Assembly (NCBI GenBank): GCA_044220955.1
Contig: JBGAQA010000047.1
Coordinates: forward strand, 1-48,884
Direction of reading: 5' to 3'
Origin: Sandaracinaceae bacterium
Lineage (GTDB): Bacteria; Myxococcota_A; Polyangia; Polyangiales; Sandaracinaceae
Length of the DNA stretch: 48,884 nucleotides
In this document: positions 9,457 through 19,801 of the stretch, piece after piece
How positions within the stretch are numbered: position 1 is the stretch's first letter
Layout of the letters: the number at the start of each line of letters is the position of its first letter
Translations under genes and position numbers: made by a program
Notes under the pieces: model-generated
Databases searched by the model: none
Told to the model about the DNA's origin: nothing
Seen by the model: only the letters and a program-made list of their open reading frames with translations

Positions 9457-11667
9457 ATGTCCTCAAGATCGCGCATCTCGGTCCTCGGTCTCGCGCTCGC
9501 TCTCGGCTGCGGCGGGGCGCCGCCCGCGCGCTCCACGACGCCGCTCGTCGAGGCACGCGTCCACGCCATCACGCTCGGCAGCGAGCACGCGTGCGCGCGC
9601 CACGAGGGCGGCACCGTGTCGTGCTGGGGAAACGGTGCCGAGGGGCAGCTCGGCGACGGCCTCCGCGTCGTGCGCACGACGCCCGTCGTCGTCCCCGGCC
9701 TGAGCGGCGTCGAGGAGCTCGCGGCGGGCGGCTCGCACACGTGCGCGCGCGTGCAGGACGGCCGCGTCCTGTGCTGGGGCTCTCGCCAGCGTGGCCAGAT
9801 CGGCGACGGCGGCGGGAGCGGAGACGCCGAGCCGGCGCTCGAGCCGACGGCCGTCGTCGGCATCGACGACGCCACGCAGATCACCGCGGGTGAGGGCCAC
9901 ACCTGTGCGCTGCGGCGAGGCGGCAGCGTGTGGTGCTGGGGCGACGATCTGCACGGTCAGCTCGGCCGCGGCGGGCTCGGCGGACCGGACGCGCTCTCGC
10001 CGGCGCCCGTCGAGGTCGGAGGGCTGGCGGACGTGGTCGAGGTGCGCGCGGGCGGCGCGCACACCTGCGCGCGAACGCGCGTGGGAGCGGTGCTCTGCTG
10101 GGGCGACGGATCGGAAGGGCAGCTCGGCGAGGCGGGCGGGCGCCCGGCGCTCTCGCACCCCGTGCCCGTGCCGGGTCTCTCGGACGCGGTCGAGCTCGCG
10201 CTCGGCGCGAGCCACAGCTGCGCGCGCCACGGGACCGGGTTCGTCGCGTGCTGGGGCGCGGGCGGCTCGGGGCAGCTCGGCGACGGAACGCGCACGTCGC
10301 GCGCGACGCCTGCCGACGTCGCCGACCTCGCCGGCGTGCTCGAGATCGACGCCGGCGGCGCGCACACCTGCGCGCGCCTCGACTCGAGCGAGGTGCGCTG
10401 CTGGGGCCGGAACGACCATGGCCAGCTCGGCGACGCGACCCTCGACGACCGCGTCGCGCCTGCCCGCGCGCGAACGACGGGCACCCAGCTCGCGACGGGT
10501 GCAGCGTTCAGTTGCGTGCTCGACGACCGCGGCCAGATCCTCTGCTGGGGGTCGAGCAGCTTCGGCCAGCTGGGGGACGGGCGGGCCGTGGTGCACGAGT
10601 CGCCCGCCCGCGTCGTGGGCGTCGCGCACGCCAGCGCTCTCCGGGCAGCCGGGGACGACACGTGCGCGCTCGTCGACGGACGCTGGCGCTGCTGGGGCGA
10701 CGACGCGTTCGGACAGCTCGGCGACGGCGACGTCTCGACCACCCTGCGCTCGACGCCCGTCGCGATGAGCGTCGTCTCCTCCCCCGACGAGCTCGTCCTC
10801 GGCGCCAGCCGTGCGTGCGCCATCCGCGGCGGATCGCTCGCGTGCTGGGGACGCGGCCCCGATGCACGCGTCGAGCGCGAGCCACGCACCATCGCGAGCG
10901 GCGTGCGCGCGGCGGCGCTCGGGACGCGCTTCGGCTGTGCGCTCGAGACCGACGGGCACGTCGCCTGCTGGGGCGAGGGCACGCACGGCGAGCTCGGCCG
11001 CGGCGAGGCGGCGAGTGATCCGACGCCGGCGCGCGTCTCGGGCATCGAGGACGCGGTCGCGATCGCGGCCGGTGATCAGCACGCGTGCGCGGTGCTCGCG
11101 AGCGGACACGTGCGCTGCTGGGGAGCCGGGAGCTTCGGCCAGCTGGGCGACGGCGCAGAGCAGGACCGCAGCGCCCCGGTCGACGTCGCGGCGATCACCG
11201 ATGCGCGCGCCATCGCGGCCGGGCTCGTGCACACGTGCGTCACGCACGTGAACGGGGCCGTGTCGTGCTGGGGGAGCGGCCGCGACGGCCAGCTCGGCAA
11301 CGGCACGTCGCTGCGCTCCCTCATCCCGCTCCAGATCGCGGGCATCGCGAGCATCGTCGAGATCACGGCGGGCGTGGCGCACACGTGCGGGCGCACCGAG
11401 GGCGGCGCCGTCTACTGCTGGGGCGCGAACCGCTGGGGCCAGGTCGGGCTCGAGGGGCAGGACGATCGGCCGCACCCGACGCCCGTCGCGAACGTCAGCG
11501 CGAGCGCGATCGCCGCGGGCAACACCCACACCTGCGCGGTCGTGACCGACGGCGTCGTGTGCTGGGGCTCGGACGCGAGCGGTCAGCTCGGCGACGGCGC
11601 CACGCTCTACTCGACCGAGGCGGTGCGCGTGGTCTTCGGCACGCCGGGCGCGGCCCCGGCGCCCTGA
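9457..11667 (+). CDS. RCC1-repeat (about two beta-propellers) lipoprotein
   Basis: LALGC lipobox; about 14 repeats of GxxHTCA...V.CWG....GQLG. Confidence 0.93.
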   Translation: MSSRSRISVLGLALALGCGGAPPARSTTPLVEARVHAITLGSEHACARHEGGTVSCWGNGAEGQLGDGLRVVRTTPVVVPGLSGVEELAAGGSHTCARVQDGRVLCWGSRQRGQIGDGGGSGDAEPALEPTAVVGIDDATQITAGEGHTCALRRGGSVWCWGDDLHGQLGRGGLGGPDALSPAPVEVGGLADVVEVRAGGAHTCARTRVGAVLCWGDGSEGQLGEAGGRPALSHPVPVPGLSDAVELALGASHSCARHGTGFVACWGAGGSGQLGDGTRTSRATPADVADLAGVLEIDAGGAHTCARLDSSEVRCWGRNDHGQLGDATLDDRVAPARARTTGTQLATGAAFSCVLDDRGQILCWGSSSFGQLGDGRAVVHESPARVVGVAHASALRAAGDDTCALVDGRWRCWGDDAFGQLGDGDVSTTLRSTPVAMSVVSSPDELVLGASRACAIRGGSLACWGRGPDARVEREPRTIASGVRAAALGTRFGCALETDGHVACWGEGTHGELGRGEAASDPTPARVSGIEDAVAIAAGDQHACAVLASGHVRCWGAGSFGQLGDGAEQDRSAPVDVAAITDARAIAAGLVHTCVTHVNGAVSCWGSGRDGQLGNGTSLRSLIPLQIAGIASIVEITAGVAHTCGRTEGGAVYCWGANRWGQVGLEGQDDRPHPTPVANVSASAIAAGNTHTCAVVTDGVVCWGSDASGQLGDGATLYSTEAVRVVFGTPGAAPAP

Positions 11668-11762
11668 CCGGACGCGCCGAGAGCGCCTCCCGTCGTCCGT
11701 GGCACCTGGGCCCGCAGGACGCGATCGACGGCGGAACCGCCGGCCTGCGCTACCCTCGGTCC

Positions 11763-12485
11763 GTGGTCCGCCGCGTCGCCCTCACCATCCTGCCCGCTCT
11801 GTTGCTCGCGAGCGGCTGTGGCGGAGGGAGCGGCACGCCGACGAGCGACGCCGGGGCGCTCTCGTCGTTCGGCACGACCCACGACGGGCAGTACAACCTC
11901 GGCCCCGTCGACTGGGCGGAGAGCACCTGGCACAACGCCTGTTCGCCCTACCCCGCCGAGATCCAGTCCATCGAGGGCCCGCTGCTCGCCGGAGTGAGCA
12001 ACGGCGCCGGCGCCGGCGACTTCTGCGACGCGTGCATCCGCATCACCACGGCGATGGGCCGCGCGCTCGTCGCGCGCGTGGTCACGTACGGCGACACGAT
12101 GGGGCCGGGAGACGTCGATCTCAGCCCAGAGGCCTACGCCATGCTGAACGCGGGCGAGTATCCGCGCGCGATGCGCTGGCAGCTCGTCACCTGCCCGACG
12201 ACCGCGCCCCTCTACGTGCAGTTCCAGACCGGCGCGAACGTCTGGTGGACGAGCTTCTGGATCCGGAACCCGCGCGTCGCGATCGACCACGTCTCGGTGA
12301 CGAGCACGAACCACCCGGCGCCGATCGATCTGAGGCAGGGCGGCGACGGCACGTTCACCGATGCAGGCGGCTTCGGCGAGGGCGCCTTCACGCTCGACGT
12401 GGTCGGCGCGGACGGCTCGACGTTCAGGCAGACGTTCCCGAGCTTCACGCCGGGCGCGCTCGTGACGGCGAGCGGAAACCTCTGA
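11763..12485 (+). CDS. Expansin-like (EXLX1-type DPBB + CBM63) lipoprotein
   Basis: LLLASGC lipobox; CDACIRIT, DVDLSPEAY, WQLVTCP, GANVWW...IRNPRVAI. GTG start at 11763. Confidence 0.8.
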   Translation: MVRRVALTILPALLLASGCGGGSGTPTSDAGALSSFGTTHDGQYNLGPVDWAESTWHNACSPYPAEIQSIEGPLLAGVSNGAGAGDFCDACIRITTAMGRALVARVVTYGDTMGPGDVDLSPEAYAMLNAGEYPRAMRWQLVTCPTTAPLYVQFQTGANVWWTSFWIRNPRVAIDHVSVTSTNHPAPIDLRQGGDGTFTDAGGFGEGAFTLDVVGADGSTFRQTFPSFTPGALVTASGNL

Positions 12486-12580
12486 CGCGAGGGCGGAAGC
12501 GGCGCGCTCGCGCCTCGACCGAACGAGCATTGCGCTCGAGCAACCACGGCGGCGAAGCGCCGCGGCGCCCGGCGCGTCGA

Positions 12581-12609
12581 TCGACGCGAGGCCCAGCGTC
12601 CCCTATCCT
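12581..12609 (+). promoter_or_regulatory. Putative sigma70-type promoter of the methyltransferase gene
   Basis: TCGACG-N17-TATCCT, 31 nt upstream of ATG 12641. Confidence 0.4.
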
Positions 12610-12640
12610 GCGCGGCTTACCCCCGGAGCCCCCCAGACCC

Positions 12641-13672
12641 ATGGATATTTTCACGCACCTCAGCGAAGAAGCCAGCTACTCGATGCGCCAGCTCCAGGGG
12701 ATCATCGCCGCGTGGGTGATGAGCAGCCCGTTCGAGCCCGCGGCGAAGGTCTCCACCTCGAACGGACACGTCGCCGAGGAGGACTACACCAAGCAGTCGG
12801 TGTACTCGCTCCTCTATTCCGTCTACCGCAACGTCGGAACCGTCGAGAGCGACCTCGGCATCCCCTACGAGTTCACGTTCAACACGTGGGGCTACGCGTG
12901 GCCCGAGCGCTGGGGCAAGCCCCCCGTCGCCTCCGACGATCCCCAGCGCTTCGGGAAGAACGCCTACACCGGGCTCTACCACTTCGCCCCGATCCAGAAG
13001 CTCGCCCGGGAGAAGAACGGCCGCGTCCACATCGTCGAGATGGGGTGCGGCACCGGCGCGGGCGCGGACCTGACGTGCGGCGTGACCTTGCCGACGTGCA
13101 CCTACGAAGCCGTCGACATGCAGTTCGCGGGCGTCTCCACGTGCCGCAAGAAGTTCGTCCCCCGCCACAGCCACCGCCTCGTGGCGACGCGTGCCGACGC
13201 GACCAAGCTGCCCATCGACGACGCGGTCGCCGACATCGTCGCCGTCTGCGAGACGCACGTGACCGACCAGGGCGAGGTGATGACCGAGGAGGACCGGAAG
13301 TTCTTCCGCTCCGCGCGCCGGATCCTCAAGCCGGGCGGCTTCCTCACCTGGGGCAACGCCATCCCCGACAAGGCGTGGCAGCCCTCGTTCGACTTCATGG
13401 AGTCGATCGGCCTCAAGGTCGTCGACGTGCAGGACGTGACCGCCGAGGGCGTGCGCGCGCGGGACGAAGACGCCGCGCGGATCGAGGCGTACATCGACCA
13501 GGCGCTGGCGAAGTTCCCCGCGTTCCGCGTTCCCGTGTACGGCCCCCGCAAGCGCACGGAGGCGGCGCTCGCGATGAAGAACCTGTGCCGCCACCCCGGC
13601 ACCCGCCTCTACGACGACATGTCCACGCGCGGCGACACGTACAAGGTCGTGCTCGCGCAGAAGAGCGCGTAG
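12641..13672 (+). CDS. Class I SAM-dependent methyltransferase
   Basis: IVEMGCGTGAG, ADATKLPIDD, RILKPGGFL; N-terminal FNTWGY resembles lipid O-methyltransferases. Confidence 0.88.
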   Translation: MDIFTHLSEEASYSMRQLQGIIAAWVMSSPFEPAAKVSTSNGHVAEEDYTKQSVYSLLYSVYRNVGTVESDLGIPYEFTFNTWGYAWPERWGKPPVASDDPQRFGKNAYTGLYHFAPIQKLAREKNGRVHIVEMGCGTGAGADLTCGVTLPTCTYEAVDMQFAGVSTCRKKFVPRHSHRLVATRADATKLPIDDAVADIVAVCETHVTDQGEVMTEEDRKFFRSARRILKPGGFLTWGNAIPDKAWQPSFDFMESIGLKVVDVQDVTAEGVRARDEDAARIEAYIDQALAKFPAFRVPVYGPRKRTEAALAMKNLCRHPGTRLYDDMSTRGDTYKVVLAQKSA

Positions 13673-13685
13673 CCGCCGCCGACGC

Positions 13686-15800
13686 TCAGCCGGCGCTCGG
13701 GCCCGGCCGAGCGCGGCGAGCGCGGACCAAGGCGAGGGCGATCGCGAGCGCCGCGACGAGCGGCCCGCCTGGCGCGCTCGTCGGCGAGACGACCACGCAC
13801 CCGCACCCCGACCCCACCGTCCGCCCGAGCCGCCCCGCGTCGATCGCGGCAGCGGCGTCGTCGCCCATCCCGCCATCGGCTCCCGGCGAGACGCCGGCGT
13901 CCGCGCCTGGCATGCCCGTGTCCGCGCCTGGCATGCCCGCGTCGGTCCCCGGCGTCGCCATCCCGACGAGCGCGAGATCGCCGAACGCGTAGGGATCCTT
14001 GCCGCGACCGATGCCGGGCGTGAGCTCGATCCAGCCCTCGCGCCCCGTTCCGTCCGACGTGGTCGCGCCGTCGTCGTCGTTCACGAGGAACGTGAAGCCC
14101 ATCGTGGTGCCGTCCGCGAGCGCCGCGCCGCCGAGCACCGAGCCCGGCAGGCGCACCTCGTAGGTCGTGGTCGATCCGGCGCGTGCCACCACCGCCGTCC
14201 ACGACGAGTCGCCCGTGCCGTGGAAGCGGTACGCCCGGGTGGCGCTCCGCGCGAGGGCGAAGTTCAGCTCGTGATCGTCGGCGTCGTACGCCCCCGGCGT
14301 GCGCGAGGAGTCCACGTCGAGCGCGAGCTGCAGCGAGTCGCCGAGATAGAGCTGGTCGTCGGGGTCGTCGGCCACGTGCGCGTCGTCGTGGGCCTCGACG
14401 CCGAGGTAGAGCGCGCCCGCCTCCCAGCGCGCGCGCGCGACGACCGAGAGATCCGCGTCGCCGCCGTGCGCGACGATGCCGATCCACGCGCCGCCGCCGA
14501 GCACGACCTCGCCGCCCGCGTCCCACTCGCCGAGCGAGCCGTCGACCGTGATGCCGCCCGAGGGGACCGGCAGCGCCTCGAAGCGAACGCGCGCCGGGTC
14601 GTCGGACTCGTCCGTGTCGAGCCCGTCGACGCAGCCGCGATCCTCGGAGTCGATGCGCCGGTCGCCGTCGTCGTCCAGCCCGTTGGCGCACTCGGGCGGC
14701 GGAGCGCTCCCCGTGATCTCGGGGTGCGCGTCCACGAAGCCCCGGATCTCCAGGTACGAGGGCTTCTCGCGGTAGTCCGCGGGGAACGTGCGCGGGAGGC
14801 CGCGGGTGCCGCGGGTGATCCCGAAGCCGTCGATCGTGCAGCTCGGGTCGTCCACGCCGCAGTCGGTGATCTCGTAGAAGAACGTGTTGGTCCACCACGC
14901 GCGCGCGAGCTGCTCCTCCATCACGCGGCGCACGTACGTCGCCTGCCGCGCCTCCGCGGCCGCGTCCCCAGGCGTGGCGCGATAGCCCGTCTCGGTGATC
15001 CAGACCTCGCCCGTGTAGCCGTGCGCGTCGAGCACCTCGCGCAGGCTCGCGCGCGTGAAGGGGAAGCGGCGCATCTCCAGCGCCTCGAGGAAGCGATCGC
15101 CGTCGGCGATGCTCGTGCCCGTCTCGGGCCATCCGTTGTAGATGTGGTGCGTGAGGATGTCGAAGCGGCTGCCGGCCCGCGTCAGCACCTGGCCGAGGAA
15201 GACGTCGTAGTTGCCCACGTGCGCGATGTCCGGGCCGAGCACGAGGCAGCTCGCGCAGGCGCGGTTCACCGCGTCCGCGCCGGGAATCAGGATGCGATCG
15301 ACGTACGCGTCGACGCCCGCCGCGGACTCCCAGAAGCCGTCCAGGTTCGGCTCGTTCCAGAGGCCGAAGTGCGTGACGCCGCGCGCGGAGTAGCGGGCGA
15401 CCGTCGCCTCGACGAACGCGACCCACTCGGTGCTCGTGGCCGGCTCGTCGTTGCCGCCGTACGAGTCGCTGCGCGTGCGGGGGACCCGGGCGACCCAGTC
15501 GGGCGTGTACGCGAGCGTCATGTAGACGGACAGGCCCCGCGTCCGCGCGTGGTCGACCACGCGGTCGACGTCGCTGAACTGGAAGGCGCCCGGTCCCGTG
15601 TGGACGTCGCGCCAGTTGGCGTCGATGCGGATCCACGGCACGCCGAGGTCGACGCACATGTCGAGCACGTCGTCGGCCGGCAGGTGCACGTTCACGCCGA
15701 GGCTCTCGTCTCCGATCGCAGCGAACGCACGTGGCGGCGCCACGAAGAGCGCGAGCGCGAGCGAGGCGAACAGGATCGGGGACGTCGAGGTCGTGCGCAT
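13686..15800 (-). CDS. Clan GH-A glycoside hydrolase (GH5/GH39-like) + CBM9-like domain + MYXO-CTERM
   Basis: Signal peptide; WNEPN (acid/base) and WITETGY (nucleophile); TVDGSLGEW...GDSLQL...YEVRLP...VNDDDG; C-terminal GCGC-hydrophobic-RARR. Confidence 0.85.
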   Translation of the reverse strand: MRTTSTSPILFASLALALFVAPPRAFAAIGDESLGVNVHLPADDVLDMCVDLGVPWIRIDANWRDVHTGPGAFQFSDVDRVVDHARTRGLSVYMTLAYTPDWVARVPRTRSDSYGGNDEPATSTEWVAFVEATVARYSARGVTHFGLWNEPNLDGFWESAAGVDAYVDRILIPGADAVNRACASCLVLGPDIAHVGNYDVFLGQVLTRAGSRFDILTHHIYNGWPETGTSIADGDRFLEALEMRRFPFTRASLREVLDAHGYTGEVWITETGYRATPGDAAAEARQATYVRRVMEEQLARAWWTNTFFYEITDCGVDDPSCTIDGFGITRGTRGLPRTFPADYREKPSYLEIRGFVDAHPEITGSAPPPECANGLDDDGDRRIDSEDRGCVDGLDTDESDDPARVRFEALPVPSGGITVDGSLGEWDAGGEVVLGGGAWIGIVAHGGDADLSVVARARWEAGALYLGVEAHDDAHVADDPDDQLYLGDSLQLALDVDSSRTPGAYDADDHELNFALARSATRAYRFHGTGDSSWTAVVARAGSTTTYEVRLPGSVLGGAALADGTTMGFTFLVNDDDGATTSDGTGREGWIELTPGIGRGKDPYAFGDLALVGMATPGTDAGMPGADTGMPGADAGVSPGADGGMGDDAAAAIDAGRLGRTVGSGCGCVVVSPTSAPGGPLVAALAIALALVRARRARPGPSAG

Positions 15801-15828
15801 GACGCCAGCGTATTCCTGCGGGCCCGCC

Positions 15829-16743
15829 TCAGGCGAGTCGCTCGAAGAACGCGAGCACCGCCGCGCTCCAGCCGGCCGGATCCTCTTGCTGACAGAAGTG
15901 CCCGGCCCTCGGCAGCCAGCTCAGCGTCGCGCGGGGACAGACCTCGGCGTGGAGGTGCTCGGCGACGGCGGGGGGCGACACGCGATCGGTCTTGCCCCAG
16001 CAGAGGTGCACCGGCAGCGCCGAGTGCCGGAGCGCGGGCAACCAGCGCACGTTCTGGAAGCGCTCGCGCTCGTCGAGGTAGCCGATGATGCGGTGCTGCA
16101 CGCGCTGCCCGCCACCATGGCGCAACAGAGCCCACATCAGCTCGACGTCGCGCTCGGGCATGGACGCGCCGCTCGCGCTCCGCACCTGCTGCCGGAACAC
16201 CGCGTAGCTGCCGGCCCGACCGAGGAGCGCGCCGACGTAGGGCACGCGCAGCAGGCGCTGCCCGAGCCGAAGCCTCGCGCGCTCCATCACCATGTTCCCG
16301 TCGGTGAACGTGAGGCTCGCGAAGTCGCCGTCGAGCCACGCCGGCAGAAGACCCCGCTCGCGGCGCGCGACGAGCTCGGTGACGATGGTGTCGCCCATGT
16401 CGTGGCCGAGCAGGTGTCCACCGCGTACGCCGAGCGCGCGCCACGCCTCGAGCAGCACGTCGGTCTGCTCGAAGAGCGAGTACGAGTGATCACGGGGCTT
16501 GTCGCTCAGCCCGAAGCCGAGCAGGTCGACGAGCACCACGCGCTCGAAGTGGCTCGCGAGCGCGGCGGCGACGTGCCGGAACGAGAGCGACGACTCGGGG
16601 AAGCCGTGCACCACGAGCAGCGTGCGGCGCGCGGCCGCGTCACGCGGTCCCGTCACACGCGCGAAGATCCGGTGAGCCCCGACGCGCAGGTCGAGCCCCT
16701 CGGCGCGCCACGCGGCGATCTCGGGCGGCAGGCCTTCGTCCAC
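15829..16743 (-). CDS. Alpha/beta hydrolase (epoxide hydrolase/MEST-like)
   Basis: HGFPESS, DLLGFGLSDKP, GHDMG (Asp nucleophile), WGKTD, GHFCQQE. Confidence 0.9.
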   Translation of the reverse strand: MDEGLPPEIAAWRAEGLDLRVGAHRIFARVTGPRDAAARRTLLVVHGFPESSLSFRHVAAALASHFERVVLVDLLGFGLSDKPRDHSYSLFEQTDVLLEAWRALGVRGGHLLGHDMGDTIVTELVARRERGLLPAWLDGDFASLTFTDGNMVMERARLRLGQRLLRVPYVGALLGRAGSYAVFRQQVRSASGASMPERDVELMWALLRHGGGQRVQHRIIGYLDERERFQNVRWLPALRHSALPVHLCWGKTDRVSPPAVAEHLHAEVCPRATLSWLPRAGHFCQQEDPAGWSAAVLAFFERLA

Positions 16744-16837
16744 GACGAGGAGGCTACACCGGCCGGCCGCGAGCCAGCCACGCGACGGGCGGCCCGGCCC
16801 GAGTGGCGCCCGCCGTCGTCGTGCTTAGCCAGAGCAC

Positions 16838-17704
16838 GTGGAGCCCCGCATCTGCATCGTGACCGGATCGACCTCCGGGATCGGCGAGGCGACGTGCGCC
16901 GAGCTGGCCCGCCTCGGCAACACGGTCGTGATGGCATGCCGGCGCATCGAGCGTGGAGAGGACGCCGCGGCGCGCATCCGCGCGAGCGGACCGGTCTCGG
17001 GTGAGCTCGTCCCCATGGTGTGCGACCTCGCGTCGCTGCGCTCGGTGCGCGCGTTCGCGAGCGCCCTGGTCGCCCGATTCCCGCGCGTCGACGCCCTCGT
17101 GAACGACGCCGCGGTGGTGCCCGACAAGCACGAGGTGACGGAAGACGGCTTCGAGCACCTGCTCGCGGTGGCCTTCCTCGGTCCCTTCCTGCTCACGACG
17201 CTCCTCTTGCCGCACCTGCGCGCGCGCGACGGGGGGCGCGCCGGACGCGTGGTGAACCTCGCGGGGATCTATCACCGGCACGGCGTGCTCGACCTGAGCG
17301 ACCTCATGTTCGAGCGGCGTCCGTGGGAGATGGGGGCCGTCAACGCGCAGGCGCAGCTCGCGCGGGTCGCGTTCTGCGTCGAGCTCGCGCGTCGCATCCC
17401 TGCGGCCGAGTGCACCGCCAACGCGGTGCATCCGGGCGCCGTCCGGACCCACGCGCTGGATCACGCGCCGTGGTGGGCCAAGCTGATGGTCGCCACCGTC
17501 GCGCGCCCGGTCTTCGTCGATGCGCGCGAGGGAGCGCAGCCCGTCGTACATCTCGTCGGCGCCCCCGAGGTCGAGGGCGTGAGCGGTCGCTTCTTCGATC
17601 GGATGGTGGAGTCCGAGCTCGTGCCTCGGGCGACCGACCCGGTGACGAACGCGCGCCTCTGGCAGCGCGCGACCGAGCTCACGGGTGCCCCGACCATCGG
17701 TTGA
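16838..17704 (+). CDS. SDR-family (retinol dehydrogenase-like) protein lacking the catalytic YxxxK
   Basis: VTGSTSGIG, CDLASLRSVR, TEDGFE, NAVHPGAVRT, SGRFF, ARLW; YxxSK position reads NAQAQ. Confidence 0.85.
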   Translation: MEPRICIVTGSTSGIGEATCAELARLGNTVVMACRRIERGEDAAARIRASGPVSGELVPMVCDLASLRSVRAFASALVARFPRVDALVNDAAVVPDKHEVTEDGFEHLLAVAFLGPFLLTTLLLPHLRARDGGRAGRVVNLAGIYHRHGVLDLSDLMFERRPWEMGAVNAQAQLARVAFCVELARRIPAAECTANAVHPGAVRTHALDHAPWWAKLMVATVARPVFVDAREGAQPVVHLVGAPEVEGVSGRFFDRMVESELVPRATDPVTNARLWQRATELTGAPTIG

Positions 17705-17767
17705 TCGACCGCGGGGCGAGCGGAGCGGCGGCATCGTGTCGGGCGCGCGGCGGATGCCGTCCCCTGC

Positions 17768-19708
17768 TCACGCGCCTTCCGGCAGCGCGTGCGACTCGAA
17801 GGCGGACACGAGCGCCTCGAGCGCGGCGATCTCGTGGCGCAGGGCCACGCCGGTCTCCGTCTCGCCGATCGTGCGCGGGACGTCCCAGCGCTCGAGCTCC
17901 TCGACCGTCGGGATGATGTCGGCACCGCGCTCCACGGCCTCCTCGATCGACTCGAAGTGGTGGTGCTGCGCCAGGCGCGTCCCGCTCGCATCGAGGATCA
18001 GCGTGTAGCCCTTGTCTCCGTAGGCCTCGGAGAACGCGCCGTCGATCGTCACCGCTCGACCCGAGCGCTTCAGCGGCGACTCTCCCGCGTCGAGCTTCAC
18101 CGGCACGTGTCCGTTCACGATGAGCCCGCGATCGGGATCGCCGCCGAGCTCCGCGAGCACCGTCCGACAGAAATCGACCTCGTGGATGCGCTTGAAGTAC
18201 GCGTTCTTGTGCTCGGCGTGCGTGGCGCGATCGGCGACGAAGCAGGTCTCGAAGGTCGCCATCTTGTCCTTGCCGAAGAGGGGCGAGACCGGCCCCGACC
18301 ACAAGTACCAGAACCAGTCGAGCTGCTCCTGCGCGGGGGAGCCCGCCGCCGCGTCGCGGAACGCCCTGCGAACCTCGTGCTCGAGCGCGTCGAAGAGGGC
18401 GCGCCCGCTCCGCGGCGCACCTCCGATCGGGATGGAGAGGGGAACGCCGGCGTCGTCGACCGGCAGGCAGCCGTGGAAGATCAGCGCGCGGTCACGCCGC
18501 AAGCACATCGACCCGTGCCGCTCGACCCAGCGCATCTGCGACCAGAGCGCGCTGCTGGCGCGGAACGACTCGACGAGCCTCGCCATGCACGCGGCCTCCT
18601 CGGGATGCAGCGCGTGCGGGTCGCGCCAGTCGATGGTCGGCAGGTGCGCGTCGAGCAGCGGGTGGGTCCGGCCCTCGATCGTCACCGTGCGCGTCCCGGG
18701 ATCGATCCGCGAGAGCACACAGCGCGCGTCGAGCCCCCACTCGGGGTGCCGCGAGATCAGCTGCCCCTCCAGCTTGAGCTGCAGCACGGCCATGGCCTTC
18801 TGCATGCGGTTCATCAGCGTCCGATCGCGCAGCCCCTCGCCCTTCACCGCGAAGTGCTCCGCCGGATCACCGTCGTACAAGGTGCGCGCGAGCCTCTCGA
18901 CGGGCGCCATCGTGATCCCGTAGCCCTCTTCGAGCTGCGAGAGGCGCCTGTAGCGGAGCGAGACCCGGAGCACGGTGGCGATGAGCGCCTCGCTACCGAG
19001 GCAGGCGCCCATCCAGCTCGCGTCGTGGTTGCCCCACACGACCGACACGCTGCGCTGGCGCATGAGCGCGTCGATCACCCGATCGATGCGCGGCCCGCGA
19101 TCGCCGAGATCGCCCGCGACCACGACCTCCTCGACCGAGAGGTTGCGGATCGTGTGCGCGAGCGCGCGCAGGAGCTCGATCTCGCGCCCGGCGCGGACGA
19201 GCGGTCCGACGAGCCCCGCGTGGAAGGGCCCGCGCCCGCTCTCCGGCTCGCGGCTCGCGACCAGCTCGCGCAGGGTCCCGACGAAGGGCGGCGGGTAGAC
19301 CTTCTCCACGTGGCGCCGGCTGTGGCGGCGCGAGAGCGCGCGCAGGATCTCCACCTCGCGCTCGACCGCGCGCGCGACGAAGTCCATCCGCTGCTCCGCG
19401 TCGGCCGGCCGCAGCCGCGCGTACGTCTCGCGCGGGTAGTACACCAGCGCGAGGAGCGCGCGCAGCTCGCCCGGATCGAGCCGGCCCGCGAAGAGCGACT
19501 CGACGAGCGGGCGCAGCGTGCCCGACGCGTTGTGGATGATGTGCCGGAGCTTGCGGTACTCGCCGTGGACGTCCGACACGACGTGCACCGTGCCCTTGGG
19601 CAGCGTGAGCACCGCCTCGAGGTGCCCGATCTCCGCGAGCGCCGCGTTGACCGTCGGAAAGCGCCGCGCCAGCGCGCGCAGCAGCGGGAGGAGCGCCGGG
19701 TCGGCCAT
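17768..19708 (-). CDS. fbp: Fructose-1,6-bisphosphatase class III
   Basis: [74 protein letters not shown]. Confidence 0.9.
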   Translation of the reverse strand: MADPALLPLLRALARRFPTVNAALAEIGHLEAVLTLPKGTVHVVSDVHGEYRKLRHIIHNASGTLRPLVESLFAGRLDPGELRALLALVYYPRETYARLRPADAEQRMDFVARAVEREVEILRALSRRHSRRHVEKVYPPPFVGTLRELVASREPESGRGPFHAGLVGPLVRAGREIELLRALAHTIRNLSVEEVVVAGDLGDRGPRIDRVIDALMRQRSVSVVWGNHDASWMGACLGSEALIATVLRVSLRYRRLSQLEEGYGITMAPVERLARTLYDGDPAEHFAVKGEGLRDRTLMNRMQKAMAVLQLKLEGQLISRHPEWGLDARCVLSRIDPGTRTVTIEGRTHPLLDAHLPTIDWRDPHALHPEEAACMARLVESFRASSALWSQMRWVERHGSMCLRRDRALIFHGCLPVDDAGVPLSIPIGGAPRSGRALFDALEHEVRRAFRDAAAGSPAQEQLDWFWYLWSGPVSPLFGKDKMATFETCFVADRATHAEHKNAYFKRIHEVDFCRTVLAELGGDPDRGLIVNGHVPVKLDAGESPLKRSGRAVTIDGAFSEAYGDKGYTLILDASGTRLAQHHHFESIEEAVERGADIIPTVEELERWDVPRTIGETETGVALRHEIAALEALVSAFESHALPEGA

Positions 19709-19801
19709 GCGCGCGATGATAGAGCGTCCGCACGCCGCTTGCTTCGTGGGGCGAGGCCCGCGCACCATGGCGCTCGGGGCTCTTCACTTCGGGAGGTCGA
19801 C

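Noticed and set aside
17789..19801. Apparent 1202-aa protein 17789-21397
   Set aside because: The N-terminal part is antisense to fbp; the real gene starts at ATG 19802 with an RBS and lipobox. The same over-extension affects ORFs starting at 11085, 11699, 31973, 33858 and 44427.
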